A DNA stretch of 64,000 nucleotides from Smithella sp. (GTDB taxonomy: Bacteria; Desulfobacterota; Syntrophia; Syntrophales; Smithellaceae), in NCBI GenBank assembly GCA_052139735.1, contig JBKQWB010000050.1:8337-72336 (forward strand), read 5' to 3'. A model generated the notes under the pieces. It made no database searches and had not been told where the DNA came from. It saw only the letters and a list, made by a program, of their open reading frames with translations. Made by a program: the position numbers and the translations under genes. How positions within the stretch are numbered: the first letter of the stretch is position 1; each line of letters opens with the position of its first letter. Below, one piece after another: positions 18,005-27,777 of the stretch.

Positions 18005-19773
18005 TCAAGGAATTAAGCGAACTAGGTAAAACGCTTCGTGCGCAGAAGGGTGACAATGAATGGATACATGATGCATTAAAACCTGAACCAATTTCAATGG
18101 AACTAATTATTACTGAGGATGGCAGTTTTCAAAGTTTCAATCTGATTGAAAAGAAACAGACTACTGCTGAAGCCATAACTGCAAAGAAAGGGAAAGCTCG
18201 TCTGTTGCTTGATAAAGCCGAAGAAGTCCTTTGCTATGGAGGTGCAGCATCAAAGAGTAAACACGACCTCTTTTTGAAAAAACTTGATGAGTATCGGGAT
18301 TTATCCGAACTGTCACCGATTATGAATTTTTATAAGGACAACAAGACCAATGGGGTGGAAATGGCATTGCAGGCTTTTGAGATATCCATCCCTGATGAAA
18401 AGAACAGGAAAGGCAATATCGGGTTTCGTATTCAATCCGAAGGGTGTCGCATACATGAGAAACCTGAAGTATTAAGGCTAATCATAACAAAGTACGAAAC
18501 CATGCAGAAAGACCTATTGACGAGTAAAAAGAAGAAATGTGCCATTTGTGGACAGAGTAAATATCCTGTGGAAGATATTCCGCATGGGATGATCAAGAAA
18601 GTGCCTGATGGTCAATCTAGCGGCAGCGCACTCGTTTCCTATAATGAATCGGCTTTTGAATCATATGGATTAGCGGGTAATGAAAATTCAGCCATATGCA
18701 CAAACTGCGCAAAAACTTACGTAGAGGGATTGAATTGGCTTCTATCAGCAGGTAACGAAGTTATTATCAAAACCAAAAAAGGAAAAGAAAAAACCTCATA
18801 CCGTTATACAAATCGAAGAAATTTCGGTTCAGATACGGCGATGGTATTTTGGACACGCCAAAACAGTTATATTAATGAAATAGATCAACTTGAAGCGCCA
18901 AATCCCGATGATGTGAGCAGATTGATTGAATCAGTAAATGCAGGCAAAGAAAAAGACAGCCGGTATTTAGAACCCGATCAGTTCTATTCATGCACGTTAT
19001 CCGGCGCTGCTGCACGCATTGCTGTGAGGGATTGGATTGAAACCAGTTTGTATGATTTTAGAAAATCAATAGCACAATGGTTTAAAGATATTTCCGTCAT
19101 GGAATATGATAGTGATTTAAAAATGTTAAAAACGCGTTATGCCGGATTATACAATCTGGCAAGAAGCTCGCAAAATACTAAAAATGATAAAGACGTGTCG
19201 CTGTCACGTACCGCTGCATATTTATGGAATTCGGCAATCAAAAACACACCACTACCTTTGTGGTTGCTAACGAAGGTTCTTCAGCGTGCGCGTTTAGATG
19301 AATATGGTGTTACTGCTGAACGTGCATCTTTGATTAAACTAATTTTAAATCGAAATAATAAAGGAGGTGATTTTATGGTTACAGAAAAAATGGAAGAAGG
19401 TCATAAACCAATTGCCTATGTTTGTGGGCAAATTTTCGCAAAATTGGAAAGTATCCAGTACGCTGCATTGGGGGATAGAAACGCAGGAATTCGGGAAAGA
19501 TATTTTACATATGCCATGACATCACCCGCTGCTGCATTTGGCCGTTTGTTTAATTTGCATTCAAAGCATTTTACTAAGCTTAGAAATGAAAAACCTGGGT
19601 TGGCAATTAATCTCGACAAAGAGCTTCAGCTATTATGCAAAGAGGTTGACATAAATAGTTTCCCGACCACTTTCATATTGGAGGAACAAGGCCAGTTTGC
19701 TATCGGCTATTATCATCAAAAACAGATGCAATTTAGCGGAGCTAAATCAAAAGAAAATAAGGAGGAAGAGTAA
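18001..19773 (+). CDS. cas8c: Cas8c (Csd1) large subunit, type I-C
   Basis: 590 aa. ATGA overlap with cas5, a position between cas5 and cas7, and the Cys pairs CAICGQ...CTNCAK are typical of Csd1. Confidence 0.9.
   Translation: MIKELSELGKTLRAQKGDNEWIHDALKPEPISMELIITEDGSFQSFNLIEKKQTTAEAITAKKGKARLLLDKAEEVLCYGGAASKSKHDLFLKKLDEYRDLSELSPIMNFYKDNKTNGVEMALQAFEISIPDEKNRKGNIGFRIQSEGCRIHEKPEVLRLIITKYETMQKDLLTSKKKKCAICGQSKYPVEDIPHGMIKKVPDGQSSGSALVSYNESAFESYGLAGNENSAICTNCAKTYVEGLNWLLSAGNEVIIKTKKGKEKTSYRYTNRRNFGSDTAMVFWTRQNSYINEIDQLEAPNPDDVSRLIESVNAGKEKDSRYLEPDQFYSCTLSGAAARIAVRDWIETSLYDFRKSIAQWFKDISVMEYDSDLKMLKTRYAGLYNLARSSQNTKNDKDVSLSRTAAYLWNSAIKNTPLPLWLLTKVLQRARLDEYGVTAERASLIKLILNRNNKGGDFMVTEKMEEGHKPIAYVCGQIFAKLESIQYAALGDRNAGIRERYFTYAMTSPAAAFGRLFNLHSKHFTKLRNEKPGLAINLDKELQLLCKEVDINSFPTTFILEEQGQFAIGYYHQKQMQFSGAKSKENKEEE
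19375..19773 (+). CDS. cas11: Cas11c small subunit from an internal in-frame start within cas8c
   Basis: AAAGGAGGTGA lies 4 nt (TTTT) upstream of the in-frame ATG at 19375 (codon 459), giving a 132-aa product MVTEKMEEGHKPIAYVCGQIF.... Type I-C systems are known to translate Cas11 internally from cas8c. Confidence 0.6.
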   Translation: MVTEKMEEGHKPIAYVCGQIFAKLESIQYAALGDRNAGIRERYFTYAMTSPAAAFGRLFNLHSKHFTKLRNEKPGLAINLDKELQLLCKEVDINSFPTTFILEEQGQFAIGYYHQKQMQFSGAKSKENKEEE

Positions 19774-19774
19774 A

Positions 19775-20644
19775 ATGAGGGAGCCAATAAAAAATCGGTA
19801 TGACTTTGTGTTTCTATTTGATGTTAAGGACGGCAATCCTAACGGTGATCCTGATCAGATAAATTTACCACGCGCTGATGCTGAAGACCAGCATGGCTTG
19901 GTAACGGATGTTTGTATTAAAAGGAAGGTAAGAAATTATGTAATGCTGGAAAGGGAACTAAAGACACCCTATGACATATTTATCAGACAGGAACAGATTC
20001 TAAACAAAATTATTGATTCAGCGGAAGGTAAAAACATAACACAACGACAAGATAGTTTATGTGAAAATTATTTTGATATAAGAACCTTTGGCGCTGTGCT
20101 CTCGACTGGTGATAAAGGTGCGGGAACAATTCGAGGGCCCGTGCAATTTACATTTTCACGTTCAGAAGATCGTATATATCAGGCCGAACACTCTATCACG
20201 CGTTGTGCAGTTACAACGGAGGAAGATGCCAAGAAACAAGAAAAAAGAGAGTTTGCATCTACGTTTGGCAGGAAATCAACAGTGCCATATGCGCTTTATA
20301 GGATGCACGGCTTTATTTCCGCTATTGATGCTAAGAAAACAAAGTTCTCTGAAGACGACCTTAAGTTACTTTGGAAATCGCTAATAAATGCTTTTGAAAA
20401 CGATCGTGCTGCCGCAAGAGGCGAGATGAACCCCATAAAGTTGGTTATATTTAAACACGACAGTCATTTGGGGAATGAATTATCAGGAAGATTATTTGAC
20501 CGTGTGACGGTTAAAAAAAATTCAGCCCTGCCCAGAGGAAAAGAAGATTATACGATCACTGTTAATAAGGACAATCTTCCATCTGATGATAAGAAAAAAC
20601 CATTGATTGAAATTAAAGAATGGCCGGAAGAAAAGATATTCTAA
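19775..20644 (+). CDS. cas7: Cas7c (Csd2) backbone subunit, type I-C
   Basis: ATG at 19775 follows an AAGGAGGA RBS. MREPIKNRYDFVFLFDVKDGNPNGDPD and IRTFGAV motifs are Csd2-like. The track start at 19697 overlaps cas8c. Confidence 0.9.
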   Translation: MREPIKNRYDFVFLFDVKDGNPNGDPDQINLPRADAEDQHGLVTDVCIKRKVRNYVMLERELKTPYDIFIRQEQILNKIIDSAEGKNITQRQDSLCENYFDIRTFGAVLSTGDKGAGTIRGPVQFTFSRSEDRIYQAEHSITRCAVTTEEDAKKQEKREFASTFGRKSTVPYALYRMHGFISAIDAKKTKFSEDDLKLLWKSLINAFENDRAAARGEMNPIKLVIFKHDSHLGNELSGRLFDRVTVKKNSALPRGKEDYTITVNKDNLPSDDKKKPLIEIKEWPEEKIF

Positions 20645-20678
20645 AACTTGTCGAACCGCCAAATGGCGCAAAACCGTC

Positions 20679-20720
20679 AATTAGGTAATAACTATTCAAT
20701 TAGGTAATAAATTAGGTAAT
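20679..20720 (+). repeat. Direct repeat copy A (42 bp) made of three (A)ATTAGGTAAT(AA) cores; its last core overlaps the cas4 ATG
   Basis: AATTAGGTAATAACTATTCAATTAGGTAATAAATTAGGTAAT; 39/42 identical to 22453-22494. Confidence 0.95.
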
Positions 20721-21369
20721 GACTGACGAACAGTATAACATCGACGACCTGATTCAGCTTTCCGCTTTGCAGCACTATGCTTTTTGTCCAAGGCAGTGCG
20801 CCTTGATTCATGTCGAGCAGGTCTGGGCGGAAAATCGTCTGACTGCCGAAGGACGCATCATGCATGAGCATGTGCATGAGGAAGGCGATGAATCGCGTGG
20901 TGATGTACACATCGAACGCGGCGCGTCATTGCGATCTTTGCGGTTGGGGCTAATCGGCAAATCGGATGTAGTTGAATATCACCGTCAGGCCGATGGAAGC
21001 TGGCAGGCTTTTCCGGTTGAATACAAACGAGGCAAGCCTAAGATTGATGAAAGCGATAAAATTCAGCTCTGCGCTCAGGCTCTTTGCCTGGAGGAAATGC
21101 TCAATGCCTCTATTCCCGCTGGCGCGCTTTTCTATGGCAAAACCAGGCGGCGTCTTGACGTTGACTTTAATGAAACGCTAAGACAGGAAATGGAAGCTGC
21201 GGCAATTAAAACGCATGAATTGATTGATGCTGGTATTACACCTGCGCCGGTCTATGCCAAACGTTGTGAAAGCTGTTCGCTGATAGCCGAATGTATGCCG
21301 AAGACTATGCAGAAAAAAAGATCAGTTGAAAGTTACCTGAAACGAATGTTGGATGAAATAGAAAATTAA
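20719..21369 (+). CDS. cas4: Cas4 (RecB-like nuclease with a 4Fe-4S cluster)
   Basis: 216 aa. N-terminal Cys (HYAFCPRQCAL) plus C-terminal CESCSLIAEC ligands; DVVEY...VEYKRGK nuclease motif. Confidence 0.9.
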   Translation: MTDEQYNIDDLIQLSALQHYAFCPRQCALIHVEQVWAENRLTAEGRIMHEHVHEEGDESRGDVHIERGASLRSLRLGLIGKSDVVEYHRQADGSWQAFPVEYKRGKPKIDESDKIQLCAQALCLEEMLNASIPAGALFYGKTRRRLDVDFNETLRQEMEAAAIKTHELIDAGITPAPVYAKRCESCSLIAECMPKTMQKKRSVESYLKRMLDEIEN

Positions 21370-21411
21370 CGCAGAGAGCGTAAAAAAAAACGAAGGAGTG
21401 ATTCTACAAAT

Positions 21412-22458
21412 ATGATGACATTAAAAAAGTTTTGCTTGGAACTTGACGCGGTTCCAATCACAACGTCATGGTATCTCACGGAGATAAGTGAGGCAAAAGG
21501 AAGGCAACAGCTTTATACAAAACAATCGCCGCAGAGATTGAAGTCTCTAAAAGAACATGCCCTCATTGAGAGTGCGGTTTCGTCCAATCGTATTGAGGGC
21601 GTGGAGGTTGATAACAAGCGTGTGGGCACTGTTGTTTTCGGCAAATCACTTCTTCATGATCGCTCCGAGGAGGAGATCAGAGGCTATAGAAATGCGTTAA
21701 AACTTATTCATGATAATGGGGCAAAGTTATCCATAACGCAGGAAACAATCAAGAAATTGCATGGGCTGACACGCGGCGAAATTTGGGATGCCGGAAAATA
21801 TAAAGAAAAGAATAGCGATATCATTGAAAAACATCGGAACGGCAAATCTACTGTAAGATTCAAAACTATTACGGCAGACAGGACTACTGCGTGTATGAGG
21901 CAGTTGGTTGATTCCTGGCAGGCGTCCCTAAAATCATCGAAGATTTCTCCGCTGATAGTTCTGGCGGCATTCAATCTTGATTTCTTGTGCATTCATCCTT
22001 TCCGTGATGGAAACGGCAGGGTGTCCCGTCTTTTGCTGTTGTTGCAATGTTATCATTTGGGATTTGAGGTCGGCAGATTTATAAGCCTTGAACGAATAAT
22101 CGAACAGAACAAAGAAAGATACTATGAGACATTGAAACTAAGTTCAGAAAGATGGCATGAGGGGAAACATGATCCCTGGCACTATATCAACTATATTTGT
22201 TTTGTTCTCCGAAGCGCCTATAAGGAATTTGAAGAAAGACTGGATATGTTGCCGCAGCCGCGGGGCGAAAAAACGGCAATGATTCACGATGCGATAAAAG
22301 GATATGCAGGCGCATTCAGTGTCGCTGATATACTGCAAAAATATCCCGGAATTAGCATTGATCTGGTTCGTAAAACTTTGAAGGATATGCAGGCTGAAAG
22401 TATTGTTGAATGTATTGGACGTGGCCGTAGCGCAAAATGGCGGAAAAAATTAAATTAG
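21412..22458 (+). CDS. Fic-family protein (class II, with an N-terminal inhibitory helix) and a C-terminal winged-helix domain, embedded between cas4 and cas1
   Basis: 348 aa. Fic motif HPFRDGNGRVSR; SNRIEG matches the (S/T)xxxE(G/N) alpha-inh motif about 140 aa upstream; the tail ESIVECIGRGRSAKWRKK is wHTH-like. It has its own AAGGAG RBS at 21393. Confidence 0.9.
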   Translation: MMTLKKFCLELDAVPITTSWYLTEISEAKGRQQLYTKQSPQRLKSLKEHALIESAVSSNRIEGVEVDNKRVGTVVFGKSLLHDRSEEEIRGYRNALKLIHDNGAKLSITQETIKKLHGLTRGEIWDAGKYKEKNSDIIEKHRNGKSTVRFKTITADRTTACMRQLVDSWQASLKSSKISPLIVLAAFNLDFLCIHPFRDGNGRVSRLLLLLQCYHLGFEVGRFISLERIIEQNKERYYETLKLSSERWHEGKHDPWHYINYICFVLRSAYKEFEERLDMLPQPRGEKTAMIHDAIKGYAGAFSVADILQKYPGISIDLVRKTLKDMQAESIVECIGRGRSAKWRKKLN

Positions 22459-22494
22459 GTAATAACGATTATATTAGGTAATAAATTAGGTAAT
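22453..22494 (+). repeat. Direct repeat copy B (42 bp); it contains the fic stop codon and is followed by one more ATAGGTAAT core (22506-22514) abutting the cas1 ATG
   Basis: AATTAGGTAATAACGATTATATTAGGTAATAAATTAGGTAAT; 39/42 identical to 20679-20720. Confidence 0.95.
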
Positions 22495-22515
22495 AGGCCG
22501 TCGGTATAGGTAATT

Positions 22516-23547
22516 ATGAAAAAACTTCTTAATACTTTGTATGTAACGACACAGGGCGCGTATCTTGCCAAGGAAGGCGAAACTGTTGTGGTCAAGGTTA
22601 ATCAGGAAATCCGATTGCGTGTGCCAGTGCACACTATCGGCGGTATTGTCTGTTTTGGCAACGTATCTTGCAGTCCGTTTTTGATGGGATTTTGCGGTGA
22701 AAACGGAGTCGGCATCAGCTTTTTATCCGAGTATGGCCGTTTTCTGGCGCGTGTGCAGGGACCTGTGTCCGGCAATGTCCTATTGCGCCGCGAACAATAC
22801 CGAAAAGCGGATGATCGGGAATATTCTGCGCAGATGGCTAAATCGTTCGTTACCGGCAAGATTGCCAACTGCCGGACAGTGCTCCAGCGGGTGCTAAGAG
22901 ATCATGCCCAAAAACTGGATGAAGATACGCTTCGCCGAAGCATTTCTGACCTGAGCCATTCGCTTGCATCACTTGATTTGAATCAGTCACTCGATACCGT
23001 ACGCGGCTTGGAAGGCGACGCTGCGCACACCTATTTCAGCGTCTTTGATCATTTGATTATCGCGCAAAAAGAAAGTTTTAATTTTCAGGAGCGCAATCGT
23101 CGCCCGCCGTTGGATAATGTTAATTGCCTGCTTTCTTTTATTTACATGCTGCTCATGCACGATATTCGTTCCGCGCTGGAATCAGTCGGCCTTGACCCGG
23201 CAGTCGGTTTTCTTCATCGGGATAGACCCGGCAGACCCAGCCTGGCATTGGACATGATGGAAGAATTCCGGCCATTTCTAGCGGATCGCCTGACACTTTC
23301 TCTGATCAATCTGCGGCAGGTGCAGGATAAAGGTTTTAATAAAACGGCAGCGGGTGCGGTTGCGATGAACGATGAAACAAGAAGAACACTGCTTGTGGCC
23401 TATCAGGAAAGAAAGCAGGAAGAAATTTATCATCCTTTTTTGGATGAAAAAGTAACAATCGGATTGTTGTTTCATGTGCAGGCATCGCTTATGGCGCGCT
23501 GTCTGCGCGGTGATCTGGATGGCTATCCACCGTTTATCTGGAAATAA
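22516..23547 (+). CDS. cas1: Cas1 integrase (type I-C)
   Basis: 343 aa. LNTLYVTTQGAYL N-terminus, GLEGDAAHTYF, and HRDRPGRPSLALDMMEEFRP catalytic-region motifs. Confidence 0.95.
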   Translation: MKKLLNTLYVTTQGAYLAKEGETVVVKVNQEIRLRVPVHTIGGIVCFGNVSCSPFLMGFCGENGVGISFLSEYGRFLARVQGPVSGNVLLRREQYRKADDREYSAQMAKSFVTGKIANCRTVLQRVLRDHAQKLDEDTLRRSISDLSHSLASLDLNQSLDTVRGLEGDAAHTYFSVFDHLIIAQKESFNFQERNRRPPLDNVNCLLSFIYMLLMHDIRSALESVGLDPAVGFLHRDRPGRPSLALDMMEEFRPFLADRLTLSLINLRQVQDKGFNKTAAGAVAMNDETRRTLLVAYQERKQEEIYHPFLDEKVTIGLLFHVQASLMARCLRGDLDGYPPFIWK

Positions 23548-23559
23548 GGAGGAATAAAA

Positions 23560-23850
23560 TTGCTTGTTCTGGTCAGTTACGATGTCGCCATGCAGGACGA
23601 AAGAGGGCCGAAGCGTTTGCGTAAGGTAGCCAAGACCTGTCAGAATTACGGTCAGCGGGTTCAGTATTCTGTTTTTGAATGTATTGTTGATCCCGCGCAA
23701 TGGACTGTTTTAAGAGAACGGCTGATTGATGCAATAAATCCTGAAGAAGATAGTCTGCGATTTTATTTTCTTGGTTCTAATTGGCGCAAGCGTGTGGAAC
23801 ATATTGGCGCGAAAAAGTCAATTGATCAGGAAGGTCCGTTGATCGTGTAA
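23560..23850 (+). CDS. cas2: Cas2
   Basis: 96 aa. MLVLVSYDV start (TTG, 6 nt after AAGGAGG), YGQRVQYSVFEC core, immediately upstream of the leader and array. Confidence 0.9.
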   Translation: MLVLVSYDVAMQDERGPKRLRKVAKTCQNYGQRVQYSVFECIVDPAQWTVLRERLIDAINPEEDSLRFYFLGSNWRKRVEHIGAKKSIDQEGPLIV

Positions 23851-24034
23851 AAGCTATCCGCGAACCTGAAGCTGACAAGAGTCAGTAAATAGCTTCGCGG
23901 ACTAAGTAATCTATTTGAATTATTGATATTTTTTAAATGATCTTTGAAAACTGAAGATAAATGATTTTTTAAAATCAGCGATTCGCGAAATATGAAGATA
24001 TTAAATAGTATTAACAATTAATTAGAAGTAAACA
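23851..24034 (+). promoter_or_regulatory. CRISPR leader (AT-rich, 184 bp)
   Basis: AT-rich stretch between the cas2 stop and the first repeat. It contains three TTCGCG(A/G)A-like motifs. Confidence 0.7.
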
Positions 24035-25592
<1,558 letters not shown>

Positions 25593-25751
25593 TATATCCA
25601 CCCCTAGAAATTAATTTCTCTGGCGTTCCCCCTGAATATTGAAATAGTTGCAGATGTCTTCATAAGCCTACTGTGTTAGTCTTTTCTCGGTTCGTATGGT
25701 TCGTATGATGTTGCTACAATAAAACGTCAGGACATAGGAAGTGCATTAAAA

Positions 25752-26597
25752 TCAATCCAGCGATGCGCCAATGACCATTTTAGTCCTGTCCATAAGTATG
25801 TTCATGTTTTCTTCGTTGTAACCGTTTACGGAAATCGGCTTATGAATAGTCATGGTCACGCCGCCGGGCATTAAATCGAGGCTTCCTTTCGGCAGTATAT
25901 TTCTGCTGCCGTTAATTGTTACAGGAAGAATAGGTTTCCCGAAATCGATCGCAAATTTGAAAGCTCCTTTCTTGAACTGCCTCATTTCTCCATCACTGCT
26001 TCGTGTGCCTTCCGGGAAGAAAAGAACGCAAGTGCCGTTGACAATTTTTGTTTTGGCGGCATTGATGGTTTCAACGGCGCTTTTCGTATCGGATCTGTCG
26101 ATAAAAATATGTCCGAGGATTTTGCAGGCCAGACCAAGCACTGGAACATTTCCCAGTTCCTTCTTCATAACCCACTTGAAATCCACGCCCAGCCAGCCGT
26201 AAAGAACATAGATGTCATACATACTCTGGTGATTGGATACAATGACATAGGAAGTGGCGGGGTCTATATTTTTAGCTCCGGCAACATTAACGGTCATCGG
26301 GGTGAAAAAACTGTTAACCCTTGCCCAAATCACGCCGAAAATACCGCCTGTGCGCGGTGTAAACAGCAGCGACGTGATGATGGCAAGACTGCCGAATATG
26401 ACAGTGGTTGTGATTAATAAAGGTAAAATAAAAAGCCATTTATAAGGCTGGTAACCTGTACGGGATATCCAGTCTTCATTTTTTTCAACAAAGGATTTGA
26501 CATTGTTGGAAAACCTTTGCCGGTCATTTTGGTATCTCTGCCAGTATTTTTCAAAAATTTCTTTAGGCGCGTTTCCTAACTCCATATCATCCCTCAC
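25752..26597 (-). CDS. plsC: 1-acyl-sn-glycerol-3-phosphate acyltransferase (PlsC family)
   Basis: 281 aa. NHQSMYD (HX4D) and FPEGTRS motifs, with an N-terminal TM anchor. Confidence 0.85.
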   Translation of the reverse strand: MRDDMELGNAPKEIFEKYWQRYQNDRQRFSNNVKSFVEKNEDWISRTGYQPYKWLFILPLLITTTVIFGSLAIITSLLFTPRTGGIFGVIWARVNSFFTPMTVNVAGAKNIDPATSYVIVSNHQSMYDIYVLYGWLGVDFKWVMKKELGNVPVLGLACKILGHIFIDRSDTKSAVETINAAKTKIVNGTCVLFFPEGTRSSDGEMRQFKKGAFKFAIDFGKPILPVTINGSRNILPKGSLDLMPGGVTMTIHKPISVNGYNEENMNILMDRTKMVIGASLD

Positions 26598-26632
26598 GTA
26601 AATGGCTATTTAGTTTAATCCCGGTATTGGGG

Positions 26633-27127
26633 TTAAAGTTTGTCTTTCACTTCGTTCCAGAACATTTCGACCCCTTCTTTCCATCCTTTGAGGTATTTTT
26701 CAGAAAAACCATTCAAGGCATCCTGTGCTTTTTTACCCGTTACCGCTATCCGCTTTTTATATTTTTCGAACATATCGGAAAAATAATCGCCCAGTTCTTC
26801 ATCCTGGTCAGGGTCTTTACAAGGAGCCACCCTCAAGGCGAGGGCATACTGAAGTTCATCGTAATGGGCGGTTTTACACCATTCAACCCCGTCTTTTTTC
26901 CCCCATTCCATGATATTAAATTCATAATCGATTTTCTCTTTCTTGAGGCGATCCACGATGGAGGAGAAATCGATTTCTTTTCTGATTTTGAATGTTAACT
27001 CTTCTTTTCTCCGGATCATTCCGGAAATGGTGTTTTGAAATACTTTCGAAAAATTGAAGGATGATTTCCATTCTGTCATTTTTTCATAAAGCTCATCCGG
27101 AACGCTTATTGTTATCTTCTTTGCCAT
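26633..27127 (-). CDS. Hypothetical protein with an N-terminal ribbon-helix-helix-like segment
   Basis: 164 aa. MAKKITISVPDELYEKM resembles CopG/RHH beta-strand-helix starts; the remainder is charged and helical with no motif I recognise. Confidence 0.4.
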   Translation of the reverse strand: MAKKITISVPDELYEKMTEWKSSFNFSKVFQNTISGMIRRKEELTFKIRKEIDFSSIVDRLKKEKIDYEFNIMEWGKKDGVEWCKTAHYDELQYALALRVAPCKDPDQDEELGDYFSDMFEKYKKRIAVTGKKAQDALNGFSEKYLKGWKEGVEMFWNEVKDKL

Positions 27128-27484
27128 ACCAATACATACTCCTGAAAATAATACATACTTTTAAAAGATTACATACACTATATTAGATACGGTGTCAAAC
27201 TATTATTCAGTGTCTTTCCTCCCCATTCGTCCGCTTATCTGAAAGTTCACTTGCGAATTCTAATTTAATATGCAGTAAATGTTTCGGGCAAGTCAGTGAA
27301 ATAAACTATGATTTGGTGAAAAACCCCACTACTTTTGTGAATGATGTTTTCATTCATTTTATTTAACAGGTGTTTAACAAGTATTTGTCGTTGATTTTAT
27401 AAGATAAATTCAATATGTTCAAAAAATTAATGATATGATTATTATATATGGCGTATATATTGCGTTATAATAAGGATATAAAGA

Positions 27485-27598
27485 TTCACGTTGATCGAGT
27501 GAATGATTTTTAGTGCGATTATGGTTATATTGGTCTCCATCGCTATTCCGCAATTTATCACTTATAGACAAACAGGATATTATACTCAAGCGATGTAA
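27485..27598 (+). pseudogene. Type IV pilin / pseudopilin N-terminal relic (in-frame TGA, no start, truncated)
   Basis: Reads (R)FTLIE*MIFSAIMVILVSIAIPQFITYRQTGYYTQAM*. It matches the prepilin consensus G-FTLIELMIV.AI.GIL.AIAIPQF..YR, but with R for G at the cleavage site, TGA at the Leu codon, a stop upstream and an end after about 37 codons. Confidence 0.65.
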
Positions 27599-27748
27599 AA
27601 ACATTTTTAGATATTTTTTTCCAAATTTTGGTATGGCCTATGCTGGATTCCTTTTTATCATACAACAATTGCCGCCATCGACGAATATCCGGCATCTCAA
27701 TCCATCGTAAACGCAATTCGCGCCTTTGGTCTTGCGGCCATGATTTTC

Positions 27749-27777
27749 TTGACAGACAGGATCGTATTTCCTATACT
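27749..27777 (+). promoter_or_regulatory. Near-consensus sigma70 promoter (TTGACA-N17-TATACT) upstream of the HEAT/HD-GYP genes
   Basis: Read directly; about 95 nt upstream of the 27867/27873 start. Confidence 0.5.

Noticed and set aside
19697-19774. Track start of the cas7 ORF inside cas8c
   Set aside because: ATG at 19775 follows the cas8c stop and a strong AAGGAGGA RBS, and the conserved Csd2 sequence starts there.
25614-25645. Possible degenerate 25th CRISPR repeat ending in ATTGAAAT
   Set aside because: Only about 14/32 positions match (essentially the 3' heptamer), and the implied spacer would be 21 nt.
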